A stretch of 40,000 bases of DNA from Roseococcus sp. (GCF_965227005.1 NZ_CBDDFJ010000034.1:56855-96854), one strand, 5' to 3'; shown: positions 17,190-26,533, counted from the stretch's first letter. Notes: a model not told the origin generated them from the sequence alone. Program-made: numbers and translations.

Positions 17190-20100
17190 TGTCGGCCGAC
17201 GAACGTCTTCTTCTTACGCTCCTCGAAGAGTTGGAGCGGCACGAAGCCAGGCTGCTGACCTGGGGCTTGGTCGACGGCTTCTTGTCGGCTGCGGAAGTGA
17301 ACGCTGCGGCGGATCGTCTGCTCGATGACCCGGACGCCTCAGCCGGCGTGAGCTTCGTCAGTTCCGCGGACGTGCTCGCGGCTATGCGAGCGCGGGTACT
17401 GCTGCTCGATGTCGGAGAATTGCCGGGGCAGCGCTTCCGCAGCCGGATGGCGGAGACTGTCAGACTTCTGTTCCGGCTTCGCCAGTTGTTCCCGAAGCAC
17501 GCCGGCGCGCTGGGATGGGCGACAGCGCCGACCCTTGTCGCCGATTTCCGCTTCATCTGGCGTCGCCGGCGCTATCCACGGCGCTACATTGAGGCGCGCC
17601 GGGCCAGCGTGGTGCTCGGCGAGGCGATCGCCGATACGGTCGCCGCCCGCGCGGCGGCCACCCTGTTGGAAAGCTATGGCCCCGAGTTCACGCTCGCCGA
17701 CTTCCAAGTTGAGGCCGCCCGTCGGATCCTCGCGGCGCTGGAGGGGACCGGTTCGACCGCCACGCTAGTCAGCGCGGGGACTGGCAGCGGCAAGACACTC
17801 GCCTTCTACTTGCCCGCGCTCGCCCGGATCATGTCGCATATCCAGCGCGACACGGGCGCCTCGCGCTGGGTCAAGGTGCTGGCGCTCTACCCGCGCAACG
17901 AACTCCTCAAGGATCAGTTCGCCGAAGTCTACGCGCAAGCCCGTCGCCTTGATGCGCCCGGCCACCGCAAGATCTTAATCGGGACATTCTTCGGACCCAC
18001 GCCGTACGCCGCGGCGGACGTCGAGCACCCCGAGAACGGCTGGCGCGGTCACCCGGCGGGCCGAATTTGTGATTATCTGCGGTGTCCAGCGCCGACCTGC
18101 GATGGCGACTTGGCGTGGCCCGACGCGGATCGCACCGACGGCCGGGAACGTCTGGTTTGCGTCGATTGCGGTCGATCGATCGAAAGCGACGAGATCGTGC
18201 TGACGCGTCGCCGGTTGATGGCCGAGAGCCCCGACATCCTCTTCACCACGACCGAAATGCTGAACCAGCGACTCGGCGACGATCGGTTCCGGCATCTGTT
18301 CGGCGTTGGCGACCGCGCGCCGCGCCCGGTCGAGATAATGCTGCTGGACGAGGTTCACACCTATGCCGGCAGCACCGGCGCCCAGGTCGCCTTCCTGCTG
18401 CGTCGTTGGCGTCGCGTCCTGCGTCGGTCAGTCTGCTTCGTCGGTCTGTCGGCGACCCTTGCGGACGGCGCTCGGTTCTTCGCGAGCCTGACTGGACTAA
18501 GCGAGCAGGCTTGCGTGGAAGTCAGCCCCCGCGCCGCGGATATGATCGAGGAGGGCGCCGAATATCTTCTGGCCTTGCGCGGTGATCCCGTGTCGCGCAC
18601 CGCCCTCCTGTCGACCACCATTCAGACCGCCATGTTGCTTTCTCGGATGTTGGATGCGCCGGACTCGCACAAGAGTCGGGGCATTTTCGGCGAGCGGATA
18701 TTCCTGTTCACTGATGACATCGATGTGACCAACCGCATGTACTTCGCCATGCTCGACGCCGAGGGGCGGCGCAGCAGCGGTGCGATCGACCCAGTGAACT
18801 ATCCCCAGGGCGGGCTGGCGACGCTGCGGCGCGCCATGCCCAGTCAGCACCGAAAGCTGCACGGCCAGGACTGGGAAGCGGCGACCGAGGTCGGCCACAG
18901 CCTGCAGGCACCGGATCGCAAATCGGTCGGTCGGGTCATGTCGATGGATCCCGGCGTGGACAGTGGCCGCGATATCATCGTCGCTACCGCCTCACTCGAA
19001 GTCGGGTTTAACGATCCTAAGGTGGGGGCTGTCGTCCAGCACAAGGCGCCCCGCGACGTCGCACAGTTCTTGCAGCGGAAAGGCCGCGCCGGCCGGTCGC
19101 GGCTCATGCGCCCCTGGACCGTCGCGGTGCTGTCCGACTACGGCCGCGACCGGCTAGCCTACCAGGGCTACGACCTGTTGTTCGATCCCGAGTTGCCGGC
19201 CCGCACGCTGCCGACCGGCAACCGTCATATACTGCGCATGCAGGCGGTCTACGCGACCTTGGACTTTCTCTCGCAAACGTTAAGGGCGGGCACGCCGGAG
19301 GGGAGCGTCTGGACCAATCTCGCGGGCCCACCGTACCGTCAGAATCCGGTCCAACGGCAACGCCAACTCGCTGTGGCGGCACGCGTCCGCCAAATCCTCT
19401 CGAGCCCCGTGGAGCAAGAGCGCTATGCAGCGTACTTGCGTGAGGCGCTCCGCATCGACGATGCCGAGGTCGAACTCCTACTTTGGCAACACCCGCGTCC
19501 GCTTCTGACGCAGGTCCTGCCCACAGCCCTCCGGCGTTTGGAGAGCAACTGGAGCACACTCTCCGGACCGGCGAGCGACTACCAGGTGAGCAATTCTCCG
19601 CTCCCCGAGTTTGCGCCCACAAACCTGTTCAGCGACCTGAACCTGCCCGAGGTCCACATCGTCTTGCCGCAAGGCTTCGGCAACCGCGGCGACGTGATGG
19701 TGATGCCCATCGCCCAGGCGATGCGCGAGTTCGCTCCCGGCCGCGTCTCCCGCCGCTACGGCCTCAGACATATCGCCGAGCGCCATTGGTTTTGTCCGCC
19801 GCTCGATCCCAACCCACGCCAGGCGGTGGCGCTGCATGCGGACCTTGTCGTCGACCCGCTAGGTAATTGGCAGATGCGGACGCCGGGTGGTGCGGTCCCC
19901 ATTCCGGTGTTTCGGCCTCGCGAGATCAGGGTTCAGGGGCCGCCGAACACCGTGATCGACACTTCAAATGCACGGTTGCGTTGGCGCACGCAGATAGTCG
20001 CGCGGGCCGGTGGGCTGGCCCTCGACCCGCCCCTAGCCGGGCCCTGGCGGGGTCTGATCGCCGAGGTGCGTTTTCACACCCACCAGGGGCTGGCTCCGGT

Positions 20101-21739
20101 CAATGTGCGGCGCATGGCTCTCGGCAGCGATGCCGAGATCCGACACCTCGACGGGACCTCGACGAGCAAGGACTTCTACTTCGAGGCCGATGGCGCGCCG
20201 GCCGCGCTGGGGTTCGAACTGACCGTCGACGCGCTGTGCCTCAAGTTGCGATTCCCGGACGCGCTTTGGACTGGTCTCGTTGACGCGTCGTCAGCGCTTA
20301 CCCGAGCCATGCGGACGGCGCGATTCCATCACGAGGCGCAGCGCGGGCCGTATCTCCGGGCGGTGGACAATCCCTTCGCGCGCGAATGGCTTGGCCAACT
20401 GCTGCTGGCCACCTTGGTCAACGAGGCCATGACGAAGTCGATCTCCCTTGAGGACGCGGCGGCCAACCTCGCGCAGGGCGTCGCTGATCTGGATCTGGGC
20501 CGCACCCTTCTTATCCTGTTCGATTCCCCGGTAGTCGACGACGCCAACGGTCAGGGCAACCAGCAGGATCGCCTCCGGCAAGACTTGGCGGCCTTTCTGG
20601 CGGATCCTCAAGTTCGCCAGGGTCTGGCGGACCTGGCCGCCACGCTCTGGACGCCGGTCGACGCCAGCTGGGAACTGTGGCTACGCGAACGGTTCGCCTC
20701 CACAGTCGCTGCCGCCGCGCTCAGCGCCGTGCTTAGTCTTTGCCCGGAGATCGATGGTAGCGGCTTGGTCGTCGATATCGATGCCGGACCGTCGGAGCCG
20801 GGCGACGTTTGCGCCGGCGCGGCGCGGCACGAAATCTGGATCAGCGAACTGGCACCGGGCGGCAACGGCCACATCGAAGAGGCGCTGCGCCACTACGCGG
20901 AGGATCCCCGGCGCTTCTTTACGTTGATGGCGGCCGCGTTGCGTGACAACGACCTCGCTCAGAGTGACTTCCAGATCACGCGGTTCCTGGATACGATCGT
21001 CGAGGGACCGGGCGACGGTGAGATCGTGGTCGCGACGCGAGCGTTCCGGGCCGCGAGGGGGGCCGAAGCGGGGCATCAAACCCTGACGACATTGCGGCAG
21101 ACCCTCGCGGAGCAAGGTTTTGTCACCTTCCACACCTTTCTCGTCGCCTTGGGAAACCGTGTGCTGCGGCCAGGGTCTGGGCCGGACAGCGACGCGTTTC
21201 TGCTCCACGCGATCCGAACCTGGAACGCCGAGGAGTCACGCCTCGGCGTTGAAGTGGACTCGCGCGTGCTCGCCTACCGACTGGCCCGAAGCGGAGACAT
21301 CGACATCGCCCTCGGCCTCGCCGGCATCGCTGCTCCGAGCGTCAACCCGGACCAGTGGCGCTTCAGCGCCATTTACGGACTGCTTTGGCCGCGGGGGCCT
21401 CTGATCCGGCAGTCCGGGCTGAATCTCTACTCACCCTTTTCCGATCTGCCGCCTGCCGAGCCGCTGCTGCTGGGCCGCCACCTATCACAAACTGACGCCA
21501 CGCTGGACGTGCGGGAGACCGACTGGCGCGATCGCTGTCTGCAGCAGCTGGCCGAACGCGGCGCCGTCACGCTGAGCTGCCCGGCCACGGAAGCAGCACT
21601 GCTCGCGCAGGCGTTCGGCTTCCTCGCCACCAATCCCGTCCAGAGCGACTATCTCTCGGTGTTCGCGCGAGTGCAGTGCATTCGCCGGGTCAAGGACGAC
21701 TTGCAGGCGGACGTCGATGTCGCGGAGGCGCTGCAATGA
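17189..21739 (+). CDS. dpdJ: Giant DEAD/DEAH-box helicase with a zinc-ribbon insert and a DUF1998-like C-terminal signature, DpdJ-type
   Basis: 1516 aa with a TGATG overlap. Motifs: 'VSAGTGSGKTLAFYLPAL' (I), 'MLLDEVHTY' (II), 'GLSATL' (III), 'IVATASLEVGFNDPKVGAVVQH' (V) and 'FLQRKGRAGR' (VI). Cys-rich insert 'CDYLRCPAPTC...CVDCG'. The C-terminal 'WISELAPGGNGHIEE' resembles the PGG-G signature of MrfA/DrmB-type domains. Confidence 0.7.
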   Translation: MSADERLLLTLLEELERHEARLLTWGLVDGFLSAAEVNAAADRLLDDPDASAGVSFVSSADVLAAMRARVLLLDVGELPGQRFRSRMAETVRLLFRLRQLFPKHAGALGWATAPTLVADFRFIWRRRRYPRRYIEARRASVVLGEAIADTVAARAAATLLESYGPEFTLADFQVEAARRILAALEGTGSTATLVSAGTGSGKTLAFYLPALARIMSHIQRDTGASRWVKVLALYPRNELLKDQFAEVYAQARRLDAPGHRKILIGTFFGPTPYAAADVEHPENGWRGHPAGRICDYLRCPAPTCDGDLAWPDADRTDGRERLVCVDCGRSIESDEIVLTRRRLMAESPDILFTTTEMLNQRLGDDRFRHLFGVGDRAPRPVEIMLLDEVHTYAGSTGAQVAFLLRRWRRVLRRSVCFVGLSATLADGARFFASLTGLSEQACVEVSPRAADMIEEGAEYLLALRGDPVSRTALLSTTIQTAMLLSRMLDAPDSHKSRGIFGERIFLFTDDIDVTNRMYFAMLDAEGRRSSGAIDPVNYPQGGLATLRRAMPSQHRKLHGQDWEAATEVGHSLQAPDRKSVGRVMSMDPGVDSGRDIIVATASLEVGFNDPKVGAVVQHKAPRDVAQFLQRKGRAGRSRLMRPWTVAVLSDYGRDRLAYQGYDLLFDPELPARTLPTGNRHILRMQAVYATLDFLSQTLRAGTPEGSVWTNLAGPPYRQNPVQRQRQLAVAARVRQILSSPVEQERYAAYLREALRIDDAEVELLLWQHPRPLLTQVLPTALRRLESNWSTLSGPASDYQVSNSPLPEFAPTNLFSDLNLPEVHIVLPQGFGNRGDVMVMPIAQAMREFAPGRVSRRYGLRHIAERHWFCPPLDPNPRQAVALHADLVVDPLGNWQMRTPGGAVPIPVFRPREIRVQGPPNTVIDTSNARLRWRTQIVARAGGLALDPPLAGPWRGLIAEVRFHTHQGLAPVNVRRMALGSDAEIRHLDGTSTSKDFYFEADGAPAALGFELTVDALCLKLRFPDALWTGLVDASSALTRAMRTARFHHEAQRGPYLRAVDNPFAREWLGQLLLATLVNEAMTKSISLEDAAANLAQGVADLDLGRTLLILFDSPVVDDANGQGNQQDRLRQDLAAFLADPQVRQGLADLAATLWTPVDASWELWLRERFASTVAAAALSAVLSLCPEIDGSGLVVDIDAGPSEPGDVCAGAARHEIWISELAPGGNGHIEEALRHYAEDPRRFFTLMAAALRDNDLAQSDFQITRFLDTIVEGPGDGEIVVATRAFRAARGAEAGHQTLTTLRQTLAEQGFVTFHTFLVALGNRVLRPGSGPDSDAFLLHAIRTWNAEESRLGVEVDSRVLAYRLARSGDIDIALGLAGIAAPSVNPDQWRFSAIYGLLWPRGPLIRQSGLNLYSPFSDLPPAEPLLLGRHLSQTDATLDVRETDWRDRCLQQLAERGAVTLSCPATEAALLAQAFGFLATNPVQSDYLSVFARVQCIRRVKDDLQADVDVAEALQ

Positions 21740-22275
21740 CCTTCGAGACGCGCCGGATCTTCAAGAGCGCGGTGACCAGTCAGAATCTAATCCGCGAACT
21801 TCTGCAGCTCATGTTTCTTGGGGAATACCTCGCGCCGGGAGGGGATCGCGCCTGGCTGGTGAGTCCGTGGGTCAGCAATGTGGTCCTGCTCGATAACCGC
21901 GCAGGCGGTTTCAGCTCAATCAATCCCGATTGGCGACAAGGGGAGATCCGGTTGGCGGAGCTGATGACCGACCTCATGGCGCGAGGCACCTCCCTTGGGC
22001 TGGCGACCAACCACGACGCCCACAACGATCCCTTCATCGAGCGCTTAACCACAGCCGCGCAGGAAAGCGCCGTCGCTGAGAAGCTTACCGTCGTGCGCCG
22101 GCAGCACCTGCACACCAAAGGCGTCCTGGTGAAGCGCGGCCTGCTCACCGGCTCGATGAACCTGACCTACCGCGGACTCGAACTGAACGATGAGGTGGTG
22201 GTTTACGACACTGTTCCGAAGACGCTGGCCGAGGCGCGGCTAAACTTCGAGTCCTATCTGGGGTCGACCGAGTGA
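21736..22275 (+). CDS. dpdK: Small phospholipase-D-family (Nuc-like) nuclease, DpdK-type
   Basis: 179 aa from ATG 21736 (ATGA overlap). A single HKD-type motif, 'HLHTKGVLVKRGLLTGSMNLT' (HxK...GSxN), is encoded at 22111-22161. Confidence 0.7.
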   Translation: MTFETRRIFKSAVTSQNLIRELLQLMFLGEYLAPGGDRAWLVSPWVSNVVLLDNRAGGFSSINPDWRQGEIRLAELMTDLMARGTSLGLATNHDAHNDPFIERLTTAAQESAVAEKLTVVRRQHLHTKGVLVKRGLLTGSMNLTYRGLELNDEVVVYDTVPKTLAEARLNFESYLGSTE

Positions 22276-24518
22276 TCCACGGCCTTCCCGAGACCGAAGC
22301 GGTGTGGCTGCGCGCATTCTTCTCAGACCCCAACGCCCTGCACTGGGGTGATTTGATTAGCGGCGTCGTGCCTGCCCGTCTCGCGGACCAAGTGCGGCCC
22401 TGGGTCGAGACCCTGGTCTCTGGCCGCGGCGCTACCGCGATCGTTCTCCCGTTCGTGCGGGAGGGCGTAATCGTCGGGTGGTACGCGTCGTCGAGGGGCA
22501 CCGATGGCAGCCAAGAGCTTGGCGATGAGCTGCAAGCCTGGCTTGGCCCCAACCTTTTGAAGATGGTGCGCCAGTTGCCCTTGGCCGCCGGCGATCCGAT
22601 GGCGCGGGCCATGACGAGCCGCTTCGGCACGCGCGTGTGGCGGTTCGCGGGGGCGGATGCAGTGGGTAACCAAGCGATTGTCACCAAGGTGGCCGAGTAT
22701 GGCGCGCTGCTCGCACGGCGGCCGTCGCTCACCCGTCGATACGCCCGCCCAGTCGGCAGCATCCGGGCGGAATTCGAGCGCGCACTCCTCGCCCAAGATG
22801 AAGCCCACGCCGAGGCTATGATCGCCGAGTTGCGCGGTACCGGGCGCTTGAACGAGGAGAACCTTCGCTACCTCGACGTGCGGCTGAAAGCCGGTTTGGG
22901 CCTTTGGCCGCAGATCGCCCGAGACAATTGGCTAATCTCGACACTCTCGGATTTGGCCTTACCGCCACAGGTGCTATCCGACCTAATCGAGGCGCTCTAC
23001 CGCACCTTCATCGATGAACTTGAGGCCAGCGTCGACCCGGTGGCGGCGCTCCGCGTCTTCAGTGAGGCGGTATCCGGCCGGTACCCACGGCTGTTTGCGT
23101 CCCGGCGCGGCCTGCGCACGCCGCGCGTCGTCAAGGCGTTCCTGCTGTTCGAGCGCCTGCAGCCGCGACCCAACGCGCATATCTTGTTCGACCTCGCTGC
23201 CCTACTATCGGCCTCCGATCGCGCCAGTGCCTTCGTGCAGGCGCTATCCGCGATCAAGACGGTGGAGCCGCCGACCGAAGGCGACGCCGATCTCGCCTTC
23301 GACGACAGGCAGTTCGACCGGGCATTTGAGTTCTATATCGTGCTCAGACCGGACCGCAAAACAGCGAGCCGATTGCTGTCGTGCGTCCTCGCCATCGGGA
23401 CGCCCGACGCGCGGCAGCGTTTCAGAACCTGGATCGACGGCGCCGGCGACGCCTTCCTCGCGAGCCTCCCGCCGGCGGTTCGCGAGAAGATCGAAAGTCT
23501 GGACGCCGCGGATCAGAGCGCCGTAATCGCGGCGGTCGACCCCGACCGTTGGATGTACTGGGCGCGGCGTCTGCAGTCGGGCGGCGATCTTGCGGCAGCG
23601 GAGCTGGCGGTTCGAGATGGCGCGACGACATGGGACGCCTCGCCCTATCTGACGAGCGAGTCGCGGTCCCAAGAGTTGGCGGACCTGCTCGGCAATCTGC
23701 AGGGCGAACCCGCTGAGGTCCTCCGGCGATCGTTCGCGCAGATCTTCGCTGCTTTCTTTCCCGAGGATGCCGCGCCTGAACGGTCAACGCGACCGATCGC
23801 CAACATGCTGTTCCTGCTGCTTGCGCTAGACGACGCCTTGTCCGCGGCCGACCTCGCTCTACTGGAACAGTTGCTGACCCGTCTCCTCGGCCTCGGGCTG
23901 TCGGAGGCGGACTATGTCTCGCTCGTCGGCGATCTATCGGAGGTTCAAGGGCGGATTGCGTCCTATGCGCACCTCGCCTGGAGCCTGGATGTGTGCGAGG
24001 CGCTCGCGGTCGCGCCCAGTCCCTCGACGGCCTCGCGGGAGGCTCGGCTGCGCTTCTTCCTCAGCGTGCTGGTGCAGGCCCAGGGCTTCGGCCACCGACT
24101 GCTGGCGCCCGACCTCCTCGTCATCGAATACTTGGCCAAAGACTTCGGCGTGGACACCGAGGCGATCACCTCGCTGCGCCGCGCCAGCGAAGCGGTGGGC
24201 GCTGATTTGACCGGCCCTGACTTGAGTGGGAAGACGATCGGCATTTACACCCTGGCGGAGGCCGCTGGGCTCCGCGCCAAGCAACTGCTCAAGACACTTT
24301 ATCCCGGTTGCGACGTCCAGCTGAATTCAGACCTAGTCTGCACTTCGGCTCTGACCAGTCTCGCGCAGGCATCGGACGTCTTCGTGTTCGCATGGAAGAG
24401 CAGCAGCCACCAAGCGTACTATTGCGTGAAGACGGCGCTGACGAAGTGCGATCTGATCTATGCGGCCGGCAAAGGTACGGCCAGCATATTGGCCGCCGTG
24501 CGCGAGGCTATCGAGTGA
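22272..24518 (+). CDS. Hypothetical 748-aa protein, last gene of the restriction operon; possible DpdD equivalent
   Basis: GTGA overlap with the PLD gene. The C-terminal ~100 aa ('KTIGIYTLAEAAGLRAKQLLKTLYPGCDVQLNSD...ASDVFVFAWKSSSHQAYYCVK...IYAAGKGTASIL') look like a small Rossmann-like, DUF2325-type module. The rest is unrecognised. Confidence 0.45.
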   Translation: MIHGLPETEAVWLRAFFSDPNALHWGDLISGVVPARLADQVRPWVETLVSGRGATAIVLPFVREGVIVGWYASSRGTDGSQELGDELQAWLGPNLLKMVRQLPLAAGDPMARAMTSRFGTRVWRFAGADAVGNQAIVTKVAEYGALLARRPSLTRRYARPVGSIRAEFERALLAQDEAHAEAMIAELRGTGRLNEENLRYLDVRLKAGLGLWPQIARDNWLISTLSDLALPPQVLSDLIEALYRTFIDELEASVDPVAALRVFSEAVSGRYPRLFASRRGLRTPRVVKAFLLFERLQPRPNAHILFDLAALLSASDRASAFVQALSAIKTVEPPTEGDADLAFDDRQFDRAFEFYIVLRPDRKTASRLLSCVLAIGTPDARQRFRTWIDGAGDAFLASLPPAVREKIESLDAADQSAVIAAVDPDRWMYWARRLQSGGDLAAAELAVRDGATTWDASPYLTSESRSQELADLLGNLQGEPAEVLRRSFAQIFAAFFPEDAAPERSTRPIANMLFLLLALDDALSAADLALLEQLLTRLLGLGLSEADYVSLVGDLSEVQGRIASYAHLAWSLDVCEALAVAPSPSTASREARLRFFLSVLVQAQGFGHRLLAPDLLVIEYLAKDFGVDTEAITSLRRASEAVGADLTGPDLSGKTIGIYTLAEAAGLRAKQLLKTLYPGCDVQLNSDLVCTSALTSLAQASDVFVFAWKSSSHQAYYCVKTALTKCDLIYAAGKGTASILAAVREAIE

Positions 24519-24820
24519 TCTTAGCCATCGGGGCGTTGGCGCCGCCCTCGCAGATCACCCGATCAACCGCACCGGCGAGCTCGCGCCTAGGAACCTGCGG
24601 CCCGAAACCACCTGAGCGCGTCAAGCCGCCGCGACCGCAGCCGTCGGTGAACGCTTACCTATTACGACCGCTCAGCGAAGTAATGGGCGCATTGGCGCTG
24701 ACCTCTGAAGTGAATGCGTGGAGCACAGTTTTCGCTCAAACGTTTCCAGCCGCGGCTAACGAACCGCTGGTGACTCGGATGAAGCAGTTGGACTTTTCTG
24801 ATCTGGGGCGGCGCGCCCCG

Positions 24821-25522
24821 TTAGGCGGCTGCCGCCTCCCAGGCTTGGTGTCCTCTTGCGCGCAAATCGCAAGCGGGGCACTCGCCGCAGCCATATCCCC
24901 AATTATGACGGCGTTCCCTGGCGCCTTGATAACAGGTGTGGGTATGCTCGACGACGAGGTCCGTCAGGCGCTCGCCGCCCAGATCTCTAGCGAGAGTCCA
25001 AGTGGCAGCTTTGTCGATCCACATCAGCGGGGCCTCGAGCACAAACCGGCTCTCCATCCCGAGATTCAGGACCACCTGCAGCGCTTTTATCGTATCGTCC
25101 CTGCAGTCGGGATATCCGGAGTAATCGGTCTCGCAGACGCCGGTAACGATGTGCTTCAGGCCGCGCCGATAAGCAATTGCAGAGGCTAGCGTGAGAAAGA
25201 CGATATTGCGGCCAGGCACGAAGGTGTTCGGCAGGCCGGACGCCGTGGCCTCGATCTCTAGATCGCGCGTGAGCGCAGTTTCGCTGACCTGGCCCAGCAC
25301 GGCTAGATCGAGGACGTGATCTTCGCCGAGCTTTTCGGCCCAGGTCGGGAAGCCGCGTCTTAATTCCTGAAGGAATGCTTGGCGGACATCGAGTTCGATC
25401 GCATGACGCTGGCGATAATCAAAGCCGACGGTTTCGACAGTCGCGAACCGAGCGAGCGCCCACGCCAGGCAGGTAGCGGAGTCTTGCCCGCCTGAAAACA
25501 ATACCAGCGCGCCGCCGCTCAT
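24821..25522 (-). CDS. queC: 7-cyano-7-deazaguanine (preQ0) synthase QueC
   Basis: PP-loop '[19 protein letters not shown]' and C-terminal Zn cysteines 'CYQG...[10 protein letters not shown]'. Start set at ATG 25522 (MSGGALVLF), 5 nt after the queD stop. The ORF is open to 25555. Confidence 0.9.
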   Translation of the reverse strand: MSGGALVLFSGGQDSATCLAWALARFATVETVGFDYRQRHAIELDVRQAFLQELRRGFPTWAEKLGEDHVLDLAVLGQVSETALTRDLEIEATASGLPNTFVPGRNIVFLTLASAIAYRRGLKHIVTGVCETDYSGYPDCRDDTIKALQVVLNLGMESRFVLEAPLMWIDKAATWTLARDLGGERLTDLVVEHTHTCYQGARERRHNWGYGCGECPACDLRARGHQAWEAAAA

Positions 25523-25527
25523 GCCGC

Positions 25528-25896
25528 TTAATCCTCTCGGCCGAAATAGCTGCACGCGCCCTGATCGCTGTCGCGACGCACGGTCACGCGCCAGAGGTTA
25601 GGGCAAACAGGCTCGACCTTGCGCCAGATCCAGGTCGACAGGTTTTCCATCGTCGCGGGGCCAAGGTCATTGAGTTCGTCGAGGAATCGATGATCGAGGC
25701 CCTCCCGAGCAGATTCCAGCGCACGCTCGAAGATCCCTAGGTCCATGATCATTCCGGTCTGAGGATCGGGGCGGCCTCGAAGCACCACCTCGGCTCGGTA
25801 AGAATGGCCATGGATTCGGCGGCTCGACTCTGTGTCGATCACCCGTTCCAGCGTATGCGCCGCGTCGAAGCGAAATTCCTTGCTGAGTTCGAACAT
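25528..25896 (-). CDS. queD: 6-carboxy-5,6,7,8-tetrahydropterin synthase QueD
   Basis: 122 aa. '[15 protein letters not shown]' and '[13 protein letters not shown]' are PTPS-fold QueD signatures. Its ATG overlaps the queE stop by 1 nt. Confidence 0.88.
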   Translation of the reverse strand: MFELSKEFRFDAAHTLERVIDTESSRRIHGHSYRAEVVLRGRPDPQTGMIMDLGIFERALESAREGLDHRFLDELNDLGPATMENLSTWIWRKVEPVCPNLWRVTVRRDSDQGACSYFGRED

Positions 25897-26531
25897 CAGG
25901 GAATCCCCAAGACTTTATGTGATTGGAGGGAGAGTCGCCAACGCGGGTTGGCAAGACAGTAGGCCACGGCAGCGGATGTGTTGGCCGCAAGGTTGGGCCC
26001 ATCCATCGGCTGCAGAAGGAAATGGGTGAACGCTAGGTCTTCGAAGCGGTCCGGCGGCGCCTCGGGTTGGGGATAGACCAGCTTGAGTTCGTCCCCCTGC
26101 TGGATCTGGAGTTTTGCGTCCGCCTTTGGGCTGACCGCAATCCAATCGAGCCCAGCCGGCGCGGGGAGGGTGCCGTTCGTCTCCACAGCCACCTCGAAGT
26201 CCAGGGCGTGCAGGCGCTCGATGAGCGGTTCGTCGACCTGCAGCAGAGGTTCGCCGCCGGTCAGCACGACGAGGCGGCGGCCTCCCCGGCCAATCCAGGC
26301 GTCGGAGATCGCTTGGCCAAGGGCCGCGGCGTCCCGGAATCGCCCGCCTCCCACGCCATCAACGCCGACGAAGTCGGTGTCGCAGAAACGGCAAGTGGCT
26401 GTTCCTCGATCCTGCTCGCGGCCACTCCAGAGATTGCAGCCCGCAAAGCGACAGAAGACGGCAGGGCGACCCGCGTGCCGGCCCTCCCCCTGCAGCGTGT
26501 AAAAGATCTCTTTGACGGCGTATGCGACCAT
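25896..26531 (-). CDS. queE: 7-carboxy-7-deazaguanine synthase QueE (radical SAM)
   Basis: Start ATG 26531 ('MVAYAVKEIFYTLQGEGRHAGRPAVFCRFAGC...'). The cluster motif is in the CX14CX2C form (C-NLWSGREQDRGTAT-C-RF-C). The track ORF extends to 26663, but that part overlaps the upstream gene. Confidence 0.88.
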   Translation of the reverse strand: MVAYAVKEIFYTLQGEGRHAGRPAVFCRFAGCNLWSGREQDRGTATCRFCDTDFVGVDGVGGGRFRDAAALGQAISDAWIGRGGRRLVVLTGGEPLLQVDEPLIERLHALDFEVAVETNGTLPAPAGLDWIAVSPKADAKLQIQQGDELKLVYPQPEAPPDRFEDLAFTHFLLQPMDGPNLAANTSAAVAYCLANPRWRLSLQSHKVLGIP

Positions 26532-26533
26532 TG

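Noticed and set aside
24805-24819. GC hairpin GGGGCG-GCG-CGCCCC one nt after the queC stop, considered as a terminator for the convergent operons
   Set aside because: The loop is only 3 nt and there is no U-tract on either strand. It may still help stop transcription, but it does not meet intrinsic-terminator criteria.
24308-25189. 293-aa plus-strand ORF spanning the convergent gap and running antisense to queC
   Set aside because: It overlaps the well-supported queC on the other strand, has no motif, and begins inside the 748-aa gene.
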